Shown here: positions 1-9,206 of the stretch, piece after piece
Layout: every line of letters begins with the position of its first letter
Numbering within the stretch: the stretch's first letter is position 1
Assembly: GCA_964515705.1 (NCBI GenBank)
Contig: CAZEVX010000001.1
Span: 1-55,884 of the forward strand
DNA from: an uncultured Verrucomicrobiota bacterium
GTDB taxonomy: Bacteria; Verrucomicrobiota; Kiritimatiellia; JAAZAB01
Reading direction: 5' to 3'
DNA: 55,884 nucleotides
Notes under the pieces: generated by a model
Told to the model about the DNA's origin: nothing
The model's database searches: none
What the model saw: only the letters and a program-made list of their open reading frames with translations
Position numbers and translations under genes: made by a program

Positions 1-4
1 CTAT

Positions 5-3000
5 GTGCTGACCGGCCGCCTGACCGCCCGCGGCACGCTCATCGAGGAGCGCGAGCCGGAACCGCTGCTGGTCTGCGGCCAGGTCCCGATGGCGGCGGTG
101 CCCGGAGACACCCTGGAACAAGGCCTCGAGCTGGCGCTCGAGAAGACCGTGGATTTCACCGATCCCAAGGACCCGCACCCGTGGTTCGAGACCGACGGAA
201 AAGGCCGGCGGCCGAGCGGGAGCGACTGGGGGCCGGAGTTTTACCATGCCGTGGAACCCGCCCTGATCGTCGAACGCAACGGGCTGAAGTACCGGACGAC
301 GCGTCCGGTCAACTGGGCGCAGTTTTCCTACCAGGTCGAGTTCGCCCATCCCGGCGACTGGTATTTGATGGCACTCGAGTATCCGGACGACGCCGAGCGC
401 TGGATCGGGGTCTCCTGCAGCGCGTCGTCGCGGATGAGCCGCCCGGCGCCGGGCAAGGAAGAGGCGGATCGCGCCTCGAAGTGCGGCCCGGCGATCTGGA
501 CCGGCGGCAAGTATCCCAACACCGGCAGGATGCTGGAGATGAAGTGGCTCTACCGGCCGGACCCCGGCGCGCACGCCATCAACGTCATGTCGCTGATGAA
601 AGACACCGAGGCCGCCGCCGCCCGGCTGCGCATCCATCATATCGCCGGGCGCCTGCCGGAACTCGATGCCGGCGGCATCCCGGCCGCGGCCCAGCGCCGG
701 TTCGGCATGCTGACCGAGCGCACTTGCCCCTACCAGAGCGGCATTTTCAACCTGTTCAGCGCTTTTGCCGAGCAGCCCGGCGGGCCGCGGGGTAACACGG
801 GCGCCGGCCGGCGCAGCCCGAACGCCGCGGCGGAAGCCTGCGAACGATTGCTGATGCTGGACGACGCCGCCAGCCATTATGCCGAGTACCTGCGGTTCGC
901 CGGCCAGAACCTGCACACCATGGCCTGCCTCCAGTACCACGACCGCGATACCGCGCCCCAGTTCGTGACCGGCGACCCGCGCCTGCAATACAACCCCCAG
1001 GACGTGCTGGCGCGCGTGCTGCGGGCCAACGGCATCCGGTTCTTCGCCTCCGTCGAGTTCATGAACACCTACCGCCGCATGGACGGCCCGCAACAGCCCG
1101 AGTGGTTTTTCGCCGACCGCACCGGCGCCGGCGGCCCGGTCGGCCTCAGGGGCGCCGGGATCGGCGGCCTCAATTTTCTCCATCCCGACATCGAGCGCGA
1201 CATGCTGGCCGTCGCCCGGCAACTGGCCGAGGCGTTCCAGGCGCAGCCCAACTTCCTCGGCCTCAACTGGACGGCCTACTTCGGCGGCGCCTGGCTGCCG
1301 AGCTGGCGCGCCTCCCTGACCGATCCCCTGGGACTGGGCTATGACGATTTCACCACCGCGCTCTTCGAACGGGAGACCGGCCTCCGGATTCCCGCCAGCG
1401 CCGCCGCGCCCGACCGCTTCGAGCGGCGCTACCAGTTCCTGACGTCGGCCGAGACCCGGCCGCGCTGGGTGGCCTGGCGCGCCGCGAAACTGGCCGGGTT
1501 CTTCCACAAGGTCCAGCGGACGCTGCGCGACGTGCGCCCGGACCTCGAGACCGTGGCCGGCTGTTATTTGTCGGTCAACCACATTCCGGAATGGAAGCAA
1601 TCGGGACTGGCCTTGCGCGAGTATCTGCGGGGGTGGGGCTGGGACCCCGAGCTGTTCCGGCAGCCCGACGGCCTCTGGCTGATGCCCTGGCTGCACGCGA
1701 ATGCCCGTTACTCGGGGGCGTTCGGCTGGCAGGGCAACCACGATCCCGAGTTCTACCGCCCGTTCGCCGGGTTCGACCGCCGCGCGCTGATGCTCTGCGT
1801 CGGCTGGATCGAAGTCGAGCGCATTGCCGCCAACTACCCCTACCGGCCCGGCTGGCCGCGGCCCTACCAGCAGACCATGCTGGGCCAGCAGCGCGAGGAA
1901 ATGGCCCTCGAACCGTATACCCAGGCCCTGGTCGGGTTCGATCCCCAAATGGTCATGAACGGGTTTACCGACGTCTCGCCCTATATCGGCGTCGAACACG
2001 CCCAGCGCCAGTTCGCCCGCGTCCTGCGCCGGCTGCCGCAGGGGCGCTTCGAGCCGGCGCTCGGCACCGGGTTCGACTCGAACCTCGCCCTGCGCGCCCT
2101 GGCGGCGGAGGACGGCTATTATTTCTACGCCGTCAACCCCGGCTACTGGCCGATCCGCGGGACCGTGACGCTCGAGGGCGCCGCGCGCGTGACGGACCTG
2201 GTCGGCGGACGCGAGGTTCCGCTCAAGGACGGCGCGATGGCGGTGAGCCTGGAGCCGTTCGGCCTGGCCGCCTTCCGGGCGGAACGCGGCCAGGGGCAGG
2301 GGGCAAGAGGAAAGAAGGAAGAGGAAGGAGACGGGCAAAGCTCATCTGGCGTCCGGCGTCCGGCGTCCGGCGTCCGTCCCTCAGCCTCCGGCCCGACCCT
2401 CGTCGCCTGGACGACCGATCCGGTGCCGGACTCCGACCTGGCCCACCTGCGGAAGCTGCTGGACCAGGCCAAAACGGAGGCTGCCAGGCGGGACATCGCC
2501 GGATTCCTGGGCGCGGCGGATTACGGGCTCCTGACCAACGGCATCGGGACCGCCGAGCGCGCCCTGGCGGATCGGCGCTACGCGGCCGCCTGGGCGGCGC
2601 TGACCGATGCCGATTTCTGGACGGTCGTGGTTCAGAAGGCGCCGGACATGCAGTTCGCCGATATCCTGAAACCGCGCGCGATGACCGTCACGCGCGTGGG
2701 TAGCGGGCTGGCGCCGGAGGTGGACGGGCTGCTGAACGATCCCGTCTGGGGCCAGTACGCCAAGCCGGTGGATTATTTCGTCACGCGGGACAAAGCCTAC
2801 GCCGCCTGGAAAACCTACGTGCGCGCGGTGCGCGTGCGCGACCGGTTGTTCGTGGCCTTCGATTGCCGGGACCCCGAGCCGGGCAAGGTCCGCGGCACGG
2901 CGCCCAAGGATGACGAGCGACGCATCTGGGAGGCGGCCGACGACCTGGTGGCGCTGATCGTGATGCCGGATGCCGAGCATTATTACCAGTTCGCCGTCGG

Positions 3001-3301
3001 CGCCGGCGGGGCGCGGTTCGATCAGCGCTGCTCGCTCAAGGGGCTGCGGGATTACGACTACGCGCCGGGCTGGACGTCGGCGGTGCGTGCCGGCCCCGAC
3101 GGCTGGACCGCGGAACTGGAAATCGAGGCGGCGGACGCCTTTGGCAAGCCGATCGGCGCGTCGGGCACGGAATGGAAAATCAACTTCCACCGGGCGGTCC
3201 GGCTGAACCAGCAGCCGGTGTCCTCCTGGGTCTATTCGCCCGACTGGCACTCGATGGAGCACATGGGCACCCTGCGCTTCGTGGAGGCCGCGGAGAAGTG
3301 A
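5..3301 (+). CDS. Large carbohydrate-active-like protein, N-terminus cut by the window edge, with a C-terminal CBM9/DOMON-like sugar-binding module
   Basis: 1098-aa ORF open to the left edge. The C-terminal ~230 aa (DGLLNDPVWGQY...DRLFVAFDCRD...GWTAELEIEA...WKINFHR) resemble family-9 carbohydrate-binding modules. A low-complexity G/K/E/S linker sits at about aa 760-800. Confidence 0.6.
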   Translation: MLTGRLTARGTLIEEREPEPLLVCGQVPMAAVPGDTLEQGLELALEKTVDFTDPKDPHPWFETDGKGRRPSGSDWGPEFYHAVEPALIVERNGLKYRTTRPVNWAQFSYQVEFAHPGDWYLMALEYPDDAERWIGVSCSASSRMSRPAPGKEEADRASKCGPAIWTGGKYPNTGRMLEMKWLYRPDPGAHAINVMSLMKDTEAAAARLRIHHIAGRLPELDAGGIPAAAQRRFGMLTERTCPYQSGIFNLFSAFAEQPGGPRGNTGAGRRSPNAAAEACERLLMLDDAASHYAEYLRFAGQNLHTMACLQYHDRDTAPQFVTGDPRLQYNPQDVLARVLRANGIRFFASVEFMNTYRRMDGPQQPEWFFADRTGAGGPVGLRGAGIGGLNFLHPDIERDMLAVARQLAEAFQAQPNFLGLNWTAYFGGAWLPSWRASLTDPLGLGYDDFTTALFERETGLRIPASAAAPDRFERRYQFLTSAETRPRWVAWRAAKLAGFFHKVQRTLRDVRPDLETVAGCYLSVNHIPEWKQSGLALREYLRGWGWDPELFRQPDGLWLMPWLHANARYSGAFGWQGNHDPEFYRPFAGFDRRALMLCVGWIEVERIAANYPYRPGWPRPYQQTMLGQQREEMALEPYTQALVGFDPQMVMNGFTDVSPYIGVEHAQRQFARVLRRLPQGRFEPALGTGFDSNLALRALAAEDGYYFYAVNPGYWPIRGTVTLEGAARVTDLVGGREVPLKDGAMAVSLEPFGLAAFRAERGQGQGARGKKEEEGDGQSSSGVRRPASGVRPSASGPTLVAWTTDPVPDSDLAHLRKLLDQAKTEAARRDIAGFLGAADYGLLTNGIGTAERALADRRYAAAWAALTDADFWTVVVQKAPDMQFADILKPRAMTVTRVGSGLAPEVDGLLNDPVWGQYAKPVDYFVTRDKAYAAWKTYVRAVRVRDRLFVAFDCRDPEPGKVRGTAPKDDERRIWEAADDLVALIVMPDAEHYYQFAVGAGGARFDQRCSLKGLRDYDYAPGWTSAVRAGPDGWTAELEIEAADAFGKPIGASGTEWKINFHRAVRLNQQPVSSWVYSPDWHSMEHMGTLRFVEAAEK
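2348..2375 (+). repeat. Perfect tandem heptanucleotide repeat (GGCGTCC)x4 inside the linker of the first CDS
   Basis: Read directly: ggcgtcc ggcgtcc ggcgtcc ggcgtcc. It is preceded by a 27-nt uninterrupted polypurine run at 2305-2331. Confidence 0.9.
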
Positions 3302-3329
3302 ACCCGGGCACAGGATCATCAGCACCCGG

Positions 3330-5399
3330 ATGGCGCGGGCGCCCCCCGGCCAGGGCGGCGGAATGAACGGCGACCTTCGTTGGCATGTCTTGCGCGGCCG
3401 GGCGTCCCGGTTCCTGTCGCCCGCCGCGCAGGCGGAGGCCCGTTGGCGCGAGCGGCTGCTGCGGTCGGCCGGGCGGGCGCCGACCGGGACCGCGGGCCGC
3501 ACGGAGGCCCGCCGGTGGCTGGCGCTCCACGCGCGCTGGTGGCAAACGCTCTGGGGCGACGAGCGGCGCGTGCTGGCCGGGTTCCGGCGAGCCGCCATGG
3601 GGATCGATCCCCAAGCGCCGCCCGCGGACCAGGCGCGGGCGCTGCTGGACTATTACCGGGCCCGTCCGTTCCCCGAACATGGCCCGCGTGCCGGCCGCCA
3701 CTCGAGCCGACGCCTGGGGACGCTGCTGAAGGCCGCCGAGGCGGTCCGGGCGCATACCTTCACGTTCCTGGGATACCCGCCGTTCTGCACGGGATCCCGC
3801 ATCGCCTGGAACGCCGACCCCTACGGCGACATCGAGTGGCCCACCTGCCTGCAGCGGCATTCGTCCCTGAAACTCCTGGCCGACGCCTATGCCGCCACGG
3901 GCCGCGAGCCTTTTGCGCGGGCGTTCCGCGACCAGTTTACGGACTGGGCGGCGCTAAATCCCCTCCAGCCCTGGACCCGGCGCGCGGTTGCCTGGAGCAC
4001 GCTGAATGCCGCTGTCCGCGCTGCGCATTGGGCGGCCGCGCTTCCGGTTGTCTGCGCGGCCCGCGCCATGACCCCGGACGCCTGGCTGCTGGCGCTGTCG
4101 GCGCTGCGCCGCAACATGAATTTCCTGATGACGCACGCCAAGCCGCACGGCAACTGGTTGATCACCGAGAGCGTGGCGCTGTACCGCGCCGGCGTCCAAT
4201 TCCACGAAATCCGGGACGCGGCCCGCTGGCGGCGCGAGGGCCGGCGCCGGCTCGAGCGCGAAATCATGCGCCAATTCCTGCCGGACGGCGCGCACGTCGA
4301 GTATTGCCCCGGGTACCATGCCGGCGCGCTGGACGGGTTTTACGCCGCCGCGCACGTCGCCCGGCGCTATCTCGGGACGTGGCCGTTCAGCGCCGCGCGG
4401 CGCGCGCGGCTGCGGCAGGCCTGCCGGTTCCTGGCCCTGACCGCGCTGCCCGACAGCTGTTCGGTCCCGCTCGGCGATTCAGGGCGCCGGTCCGTCATTC
4501 CCTGCCTCCGGCAGTGGCTCGAACTGAAGGACGATCCGCTCTTGCGTTTCGTGGCCACCCGGGGCCGGGAGGGCGCGCCGCCGGCGGTGCGCGACCTGCT
4601 GTTCCGCGCCAGCGGGCACGCCGTGCTGCGCGACGCCTGGCGGCGGACCCGGCGATTCCTGTTGTTCGACATGGCGCCCTACGCGCCCATCGGTTCCCAC
4701 TCGCACCGGGACGGCCTGCAGGTGGTTGCCTGGGGATTCGGGCACGACCTGCTCGTGGACAGCGGCGTCTACCGCTACAGCGAGCCGCACCACACCGACT
4801 ATGGCCAGACCCGGCGGCACAACACCGTCGAGGCCGACGGACGCTCCCAGGACAAGGTCCGCCCCGAGGTGATTGCCTGGCAATCGTCTCCGGACCTCTG
4901 CTACGCGGCCGGGATGGGAGCGTTCTGGCCCGGTATCCGGCATCTGCGCGAAATCGTCTTCCTGGACCGCACGGCCTGGCTGGTGCTCGACTTGCTGGCG
5001 TCCGGCGAGTCCCATGTCTACCGGCAATGGTGGCATTTCGGGCAGCCGCTGCTGGCGCCGGCGCGCCGGGATCGCGTCCGGACGCGCAATCTCGTCCTCG
5101 CGACACCGGCCGGCGCCGCGCCGGCGCTCAGCGAGGCCGACGCGGCCGTCGCCTACAATTGCCGCGCTCCGCGCCCGGCGGCTTGCGTAACCCGCGCAGG
5201 ACGTGGTATCGTAGCGTTCGCCGCGTTGATCTACCCCGTCCCGGACGGAGACCGGCCGCCGGCCGCGAGCCTGGCGATCCAAGCCTGGCCCGCCGCGCCG
5301 GAGGCACCGTTCCGGGTGCGCGTGCGGCTGCCAGGCCGGGACTATGGCTTCACATGCTCCGGCGCCTGGCAACCCGGAGACCGCGTCCTGCGTCGTTGA
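3330..5399 (+). CDS. Heparinase II/III-like polysaccharide lyase family protein
   Basis: 689-aa ORF. The C-terminal half has the heparinase II/III-type block (APIGSHSHRDGLQVVAWGFGHDLLVDSGVYRYS...RRHNTVEADG). The N-terminal half is helix-rich like alginate-lyase/heparinase toroids. The start is unresolved between ATG 3330 and ATG 3363. Confidence 0.7.
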   Translation: MARAPPGQGGGMNGDLRWHVLRGRASRFLSPAAQAEARWRERLLRSAGRAPTGTAGRTEARRWLALHARWWQTLWGDERRVLAGFRRAAMGIDPQAPPADQARALLDYYRARPFPEHGPRAGRHSSRRLGTLLKAAEAVRAHTFTFLGYPPFCTGSRIAWNADPYGDIEWPTCLQRHSSLKLLADAYAATGREPFARAFRDQFTDWAALNPLQPWTRRAVAWSTLNAAVRAAHWAAALPVVCAARAMTPDAWLLALSALRRNMNFLMTHAKPHGNWLITESVALYRAGVQFHEIRDAARWRREGRRRLEREIMRQFLPDGAHVEYCPGYHAGALDGFYAAAHVARRYLGTWPFSAARRARLRQACRFLALTALPDSCSVPLGDSGRRSVIPCLRQWLELKDDPLLRFVATRGREGAPPAVRDLLFRASGHAVLRDAWRRTRRFLLFDMAPYAPIGSHSHRDGLQVVAWGFGHDLLVDSGVYRYSEPHHTDYGQTRRHNTVEADGRSQDKVRPEVIAWQSSPDLCYAAGMGAFWPGIRHLREIVFLDRTAWLVLDLLASGESHVYRQWWHFGQPLLAPARRDRVRTRNLVLATPAGAAPALSEADAAVAYNCRAPRPAACVTRAGRGIVAFAALIYPVPDGDRPPAASLAIQAWPAAPEAPFRVRVRLPGRDYGFTCSGAWQPGDRVLRR

Positions 5400-5435
5400 C
5401 CCCCGGTGCCATCCATCCCTCGGAAAGGACCTGCC

Positions 5436-8303
5436 ATGCCGACCCGCCTGACAATTCCCGCCCGCGAGTTCGGCCCCGCCCCCTGGTGGGCCTGGCTCGG
5501 CGACCCGACCCCCGCGAGCATCGACCGCGATCTGCGGCGCTTCCTGGCGATGGAGATTTTTGAGGTCATCATCATCCCGCTCTACGGCCTGCAGCCAGCC
5601 TACCTCGGCCGCCGGTATCTCGACTTGTTTCGGCACGTCTGCCGGCGCTGCCGGCAATGGGGCATGGCCCTCTGGCTGTACGACGAGTTCAACTGGCCGA
5701 GCGGCACCTGCGCCGGGCGCGTGCTGCTCCAGCACCCGCAATTCCGCCAGCGGGTCATCCGCCTGGCGCGGCCGGCGGCGGCCGGCAGGCGCGGCGGCCG
5801 GTTGTCCTGGCGCGTGGCGGATCCCGACCGTTTCCAGCTGGCAGCCTATGGCGCCGCCTGGGCCAACCACGCCACGGGCTATCTCGATACCCTCAACCCG
5901 GAGGCCGTGCGCGCGTTTTTGGAAATGACCCACGAGGTCTACCGCCGGGAACTCGGCGAGTATTTCGGCACGGTGATCCGGGGGTTTTTCACCGACGAGC
6001 CGGTGACCGGTGGCGGCCTGGATTTCCCGTACACGCCGGGGCTGTTCGCGCGGTTCCGCCAAGCTTACGGCTACGACCTGCGGCCGCGCCTGGCCGCGCT
6101 GGTCGCGGACGCGCCGGACGCCGCGCGCGTGCGCCGCGATTACTGGAGCCTGGTGCGGGACCTGTTCCGCGACGCCTTTTTCCGGCCGTACGCCGCCTGG
6201 TGCGCGGCGCACGGGCTGCGCCTGACCGGCCACCTGCTGCACGAGGAGTCGCTGGGCATCCACGTCAGCCTGCACGGGGACCTGTCCGAGATGCTGGCCG
6301 AGATGCAGACGCCCGGGATCGATCTCCTGGGCGGGTTGACCAGCTACGATGCCGGCCCCCACGCCGCCCGCGACCTCACGGGCAAGCTGCTGGACAGCGT
6401 CGCCTGCTTCGCGGGGCGCGACCGCACGCTCTGCGAGGCGTTCGGCTGCATGCCGCACAGCAGCACGGCGCAGGCCTACAAGCGCGCCGCGGACTTCCTG
6501 TTCCACCACGGGTTGAGCATGATCAACGATAACCTCTTTCCCGACTCGCTCGCCGCCTTCCGCAAGTTCTGCGGCTGCCATGCCTTCCGCACGCCCTGGA
6601 CGCGGCATTACCGCCTGCTGTCGCGCCATGTCCGGACCCTGTCGTGGCTCAACGCCGGGGCGCCCCTCGAGACGGGGGTCGGCGTCTACTGGCCCGGCGC
6701 CGATGCCCGCGCGCGCTATGCGCCGCCGCGGTCGGTCGAGCGCGGCCCGTTCTACTTCGATCCCGCCTGGCAGCGGACCCAGCAGGCGGTGGTCGAGGTC
6801 GTGCACGGACTGTCCCGCCGGCATTGGAATCATTACCTGGTATTCGACGCCGCTCTGCGCGCGGCGCGTCCCGCGCCGGGCGGGCTGCGCCTGCGGAAAT
6901 TCGTCTGCCAGGCCCTCGTACTGCCAGAGATTCGGTTCCTGTCGGAACCCATTGCGGCGGCCCTGCGCCGGTTCGTGCAGGCCGGCGGGTTCCTGCTGTG
7001 CCTGGGGCAGGCCCCCGAGGTGCTCGATGCCGCCGGCCGCGCGCGGCCCGCGCACTGGCCTGCCGGCGGCCGCGTGCGCGTGCTGCGGGCTGGCCTTGAC
7101 GAGGCGGCCGCCACGGTCGCGGACGCCCTGCGCGAACGGGGGCTCCGGCCGCCCGTGCCCCTGGCGGGGCCCGGCGCCTCGGACGTCATGGTCACGCGGC
7201 GGCGCACCCGCGCCGGCGACCTGGTGTTGATGAGCAATTTCGGCCCGCGCGCCGCGAACCTGCGCGCCGGGCTCGCCGGCGCCTGGCGCCGCCTCGATAC
7301 CCTCTCCGGCGCGCTCGGCGACCCCGCGCCCACCGCGCTGCGGCTGCTGCCGAACGAGACGGCCGCCTTCCTGCGGTCCGGCCGCCGGGCGCGGCCGGCG
7401 CCCGCGCCCCGGCCGGGCCCGACGGTACGCCTGCGCGACACCTGGTCGCTGGACTTGCCCGGGGGGAACACGATCTCGCTGCCGCTGTCGTTGTATCTCG
7501 GCCCGGCGACCCGCCGCCCGCCGACGGCCGGCCGCGCCCGCGACTGGGCGCCGCCGCGCGCCGAGTTCCCGCCGCGGCCGCTGACCCCCGGCCGCGCCTA
7601 CTGGCTGCGGCGCGAGTTGATCGTCACGCACCGGCCGGCGCGCCTCGACCTGATCGTCGACGGCGAAGACGCTTGCGACATCTACCTCAACCGGCGCCGG
7701 CTGCCGACCGCGCCGGGCGGCGCGCTCTGGGACGACGCCAACCGGCGCTGCGACCTGCGGCCGGCGCTCCGGCGCGGCCGGAACGAGCTGCTCGTGCGCT
7801 ACACGCCGGCGCCCGTTCGCCGGTTTGTCTCCCGCATGGTGCCGCTCGACGACCTGGCGCTCTTCGTGCTGCGCGGCGACGTGCTCGCCGCCAGCCGCTT
7901 GGACCTGCCTGAGCTGGCGCCGACGTTCTCCGCCCTGCCGGGCACCGTGGACACCGGCCCGCTGCAGGAACGCGGGTACCCGCACCTGACGGGCGCCGCC
8001 GATTACCGGCAGACCGTCACGCTCCCGCGGCCCGGGCCGCGCGTGACGCTCGATATGGGCCGTCAGAACGACGCCTTCGATGTGACGGTCAACGGGCGCG
8101 CCGCCGGCGTGCTGCTGTGGCCGCCGTACCGGCTCGAGGTTGGCGCCCTGCTGAAGCCGGGCGCCAACCGCTTCCGGTTCCGGCTGGTGACGGCCCTGGG
8201 CGGAATCATCTCGCGCTACTATAAAAGCGTCGAGAAGGACAAGCCGCCGGTCGGCATGCTCGAGACCCCCGTGCTGCGCGCCTGGACGCCGGGCGGCCAG
8301 TAA
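5436..8303 (+). CDS. Glycoside hydrolase-like protein (GH106/GH2-type C-terminal jelly-roll sugar-binding domain)
   Basis: The ORF is 5406-8303, and I moved the start to ATG 5436 (MPTRLTIP). N-terminus: PAPWWAWLGDP...IIIPLYGL. C-terminus: ADYRQTVTLP...LDMGRQNDAFDVTVNGRAAGVLLWPPYRLEVGALLKPGANRFRFRL, typical of glycosylhydrolase-like jelly-roll domains. Confidence 0.6.
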   Translation: MPTRLTIPAREFGPAPWWAWLGDPTPASIDRDLRRFLAMEIFEVIIIPLYGLQPAYLGRRYLDLFRHVCRRCRQWGMALWLYDEFNWPSGTCAGRVLLQHPQFRQRVIRLARPAAAGRRGGRLSWRVADPDRFQLAAYGAAWANHATGYLDTLNPEAVRAFLEMTHEVYRRELGEYFGTVIRGFFTDEPVTGGGLDFPYTPGLFARFRQAYGYDLRPRLAALVADAPDAARVRRDYWSLVRDLFRDAFFRPYAAWCAAHGLRLTGHLLHEESLGIHVSLHGDLSEMLAEMQTPGIDLLGGLTSYDAGPHAARDLTGKLLDSVACFAGRDRTLCEAFGCMPHSSTAQAYKRAADFLFHHGLSMINDNLFPDSLAAFRKFCGCHAFRTPWTRHYRLLSRHVRTLSWLNAGAPLETGVGVYWPGADARARYAPPRSVERGPFYFDPAWQRTQQAVVEVVHGLSRRHWNHYLVFDAALRAARPAPGGLRLRKFVCQALVLPEIRFLSEPIAAALRRFVQAGGFLLCLGQAPEVLDAAGRARPAHWPAGGRVRVLRAGLDEAAATVADALRERGLRPPVPLAGPGASDVMVTRRRTRAGDLVLMSNFGPRAANLRAGLAGAWRRLDTLSGALGDPAPTALRLLPNETAAFLRSGRRARPAPAPRPGPTVRLRDTWSLDLPGGNTISLPLSLYLGPATRRPPTAGRARDWAPPRAEFPPRPLTPGRAYWLRRELIVTHRPARLDLIVDGEDACDIYLNRRRLPTAPGGALWDDANRRCDLRPALRRGRNELLVRYTPAPVRRFVSRMVPLDDLALFVLRGDVLAASRLDLPELAPTFSALPGTVDTGPLQERGYPHLTGAADYRQTVTLPRPGPRVTLDMGRQNDAFDVTVNGRAAGVLLWPPYRLEVGALLKPGANRFRFRLVTALGGIISRYYKSVEKDKPPVGMLETPVLRAWTPGGQ

Positions 8304-8326
8304 GCCGCCGGCGCGGCCGCCCCCTG

Positions 8327-8446
8327 ATCTGGAACTCAGGAACTCAGAAAAATACGATTTTCAGTAGTGTTCTAGTTCCATACAGGTCTTGTATCGCTTC
8401 TTCTTTCCTGAGTTCCAGATTGCCTTCCTCTTTCCTGAGTTCGGGT
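8327..8446. repeat. AT-rich inverted/direct repeat element (16-bp perfect inverted repeat flanking a 62-nt spacer, plus an extra direct copy)
   Basis: atctggaactcaggaa (8327-8342) is the exact reverse complement of ttcctgagttccagat (8405-8420). GGAACTCA is tandemly duplicated at 8331-8346. ctttcctgagttc is repeated at 8403-8415 and 8430-8442. The element is a low-GC island in the intergenic space. Confidence 0.85.
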
Positions 8447-8499
8447 TCGCGTGATCGCCGCGTGCGAGACCACGCGTCTCACGGCCCGCCGTTCCGGCC

Positions 8500-8528
8500 T
8501 TGCGCGGCCCGGGCCCGGCGGCTATACT
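8500..8528 (+). promoter_or_regulatory. Sigma70-like promoter driving a leaderless transcript of the methyltransferase gene
   Basis: TTGCGC (8500-8505), N17, TATACT (8523-8528), N7, ATG 8536. No Shine-Dalgarno sequence lies in between. Confidence 0.45.
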
Positions 8529-8535
8529 CCCCGGC

Positions 8536-9186
8536 ATGGACCCCGTTGCCGCAACGCGTTTCGACGCCGCCGCCGCCACCTGGGACGAGGACCCCGCGCG
8601 GGTCCGGCTGGCCGCCGACGTCTTCCAGGCGCTCGTCGCGCGCGTGCCGCTCTCGACCAACATGGACGCGCTCGACTTCGGGTGCGGGACGGGCCTGCTG
8701 ACGTTTGCCCTGGCGCCGCGGGTGCGGTCGGTGACCGCCGTGGACAGCTCGCGCGGCATGCTGGACGCGCTGCGCGCCAAGGCGGCGGCACAAGGGCTGT
8801 CCTGCGTGCGCCCCGTGCAGCTCGACCCCGACCATGGCGCCGTCATCACGGGCCGCTACGATCTCGTCGTCAGCAGCATGACGCTCCACCACATCCGGGA
8901 TGTTTCCGGATTGCTGGGCCAGTTCCACGCCGTGCTGGCGCCGGGCGGGTGGCTGGGCCTGGCGGACCTGGACCCGGACGGCGGCCGCTTTCACGGCGAC
9001 GCGCGCGGTGTGCACCACCACGGATTCGAGCGCGACGCCCTGCGCCAGGCGCTCCGCGCGGCGGGTTTTGCCGGCGGCGACGACACAACCGCCGCCGAAC
9101 GGATCAAAAACGGCGCCGACGGCGTGCGGCGGCGCTTCACCGTGTTTCTGGCGGTGGCGCGTAAGCCGCCCATCCCGCCGCCATGA
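8536..9186 (+). CDS. Class I SAM-dependent methyltransferase
   Basis: Motif I LDFGCGTGLLTFALA. The typical downstream acidic loop and the DLVVSSMTLHH block are present. The start is placed at ATG 8536 (MDPVAATRF). Confidence 0.75.
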   Translation: MDPVAATRFDAAAATWDEDPARVRLAADVFQALVARVPLSTNMDALDFGCGTGLLTFALAPRVRSVTAVDSSRGMLDALRAKAAAQGLSCVRPVQLDPDHGAVITGRYDLVVSSMTLHHIRDVSGLLGQFHAVLAPGGWLGLADLDPDGGRFHGDARGVHHHGFERDALRQALRAAGFAGGDDTTAAERIKNGADGVRRRFTVFLAVARKPPIPPP

Positions 9187-9206
9187 CCCCACCGCGAGGA
9201 GTCCTT

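Noticed and set aside
4479-7985. 1168-aa ORF on the minus strand, antisense to the heparinase-like and GH106-like genes
   Set aside because: Its translation is R/A/G/P-rich low complexity with no motifs. It fully overlaps two plus-strand ORFs that carry family signatures. This is a typical stop-codon-poor antisense frame in high-GC DNA.
8361-8849. 162-aa minus-strand ORF spanning the inverted-repeat element and the methyltransferase 5' end
   Set aside because: It overlaps the well-supported methyltransferase gene. Its C-terminal part is just the translation of the AT-rich repeat element.
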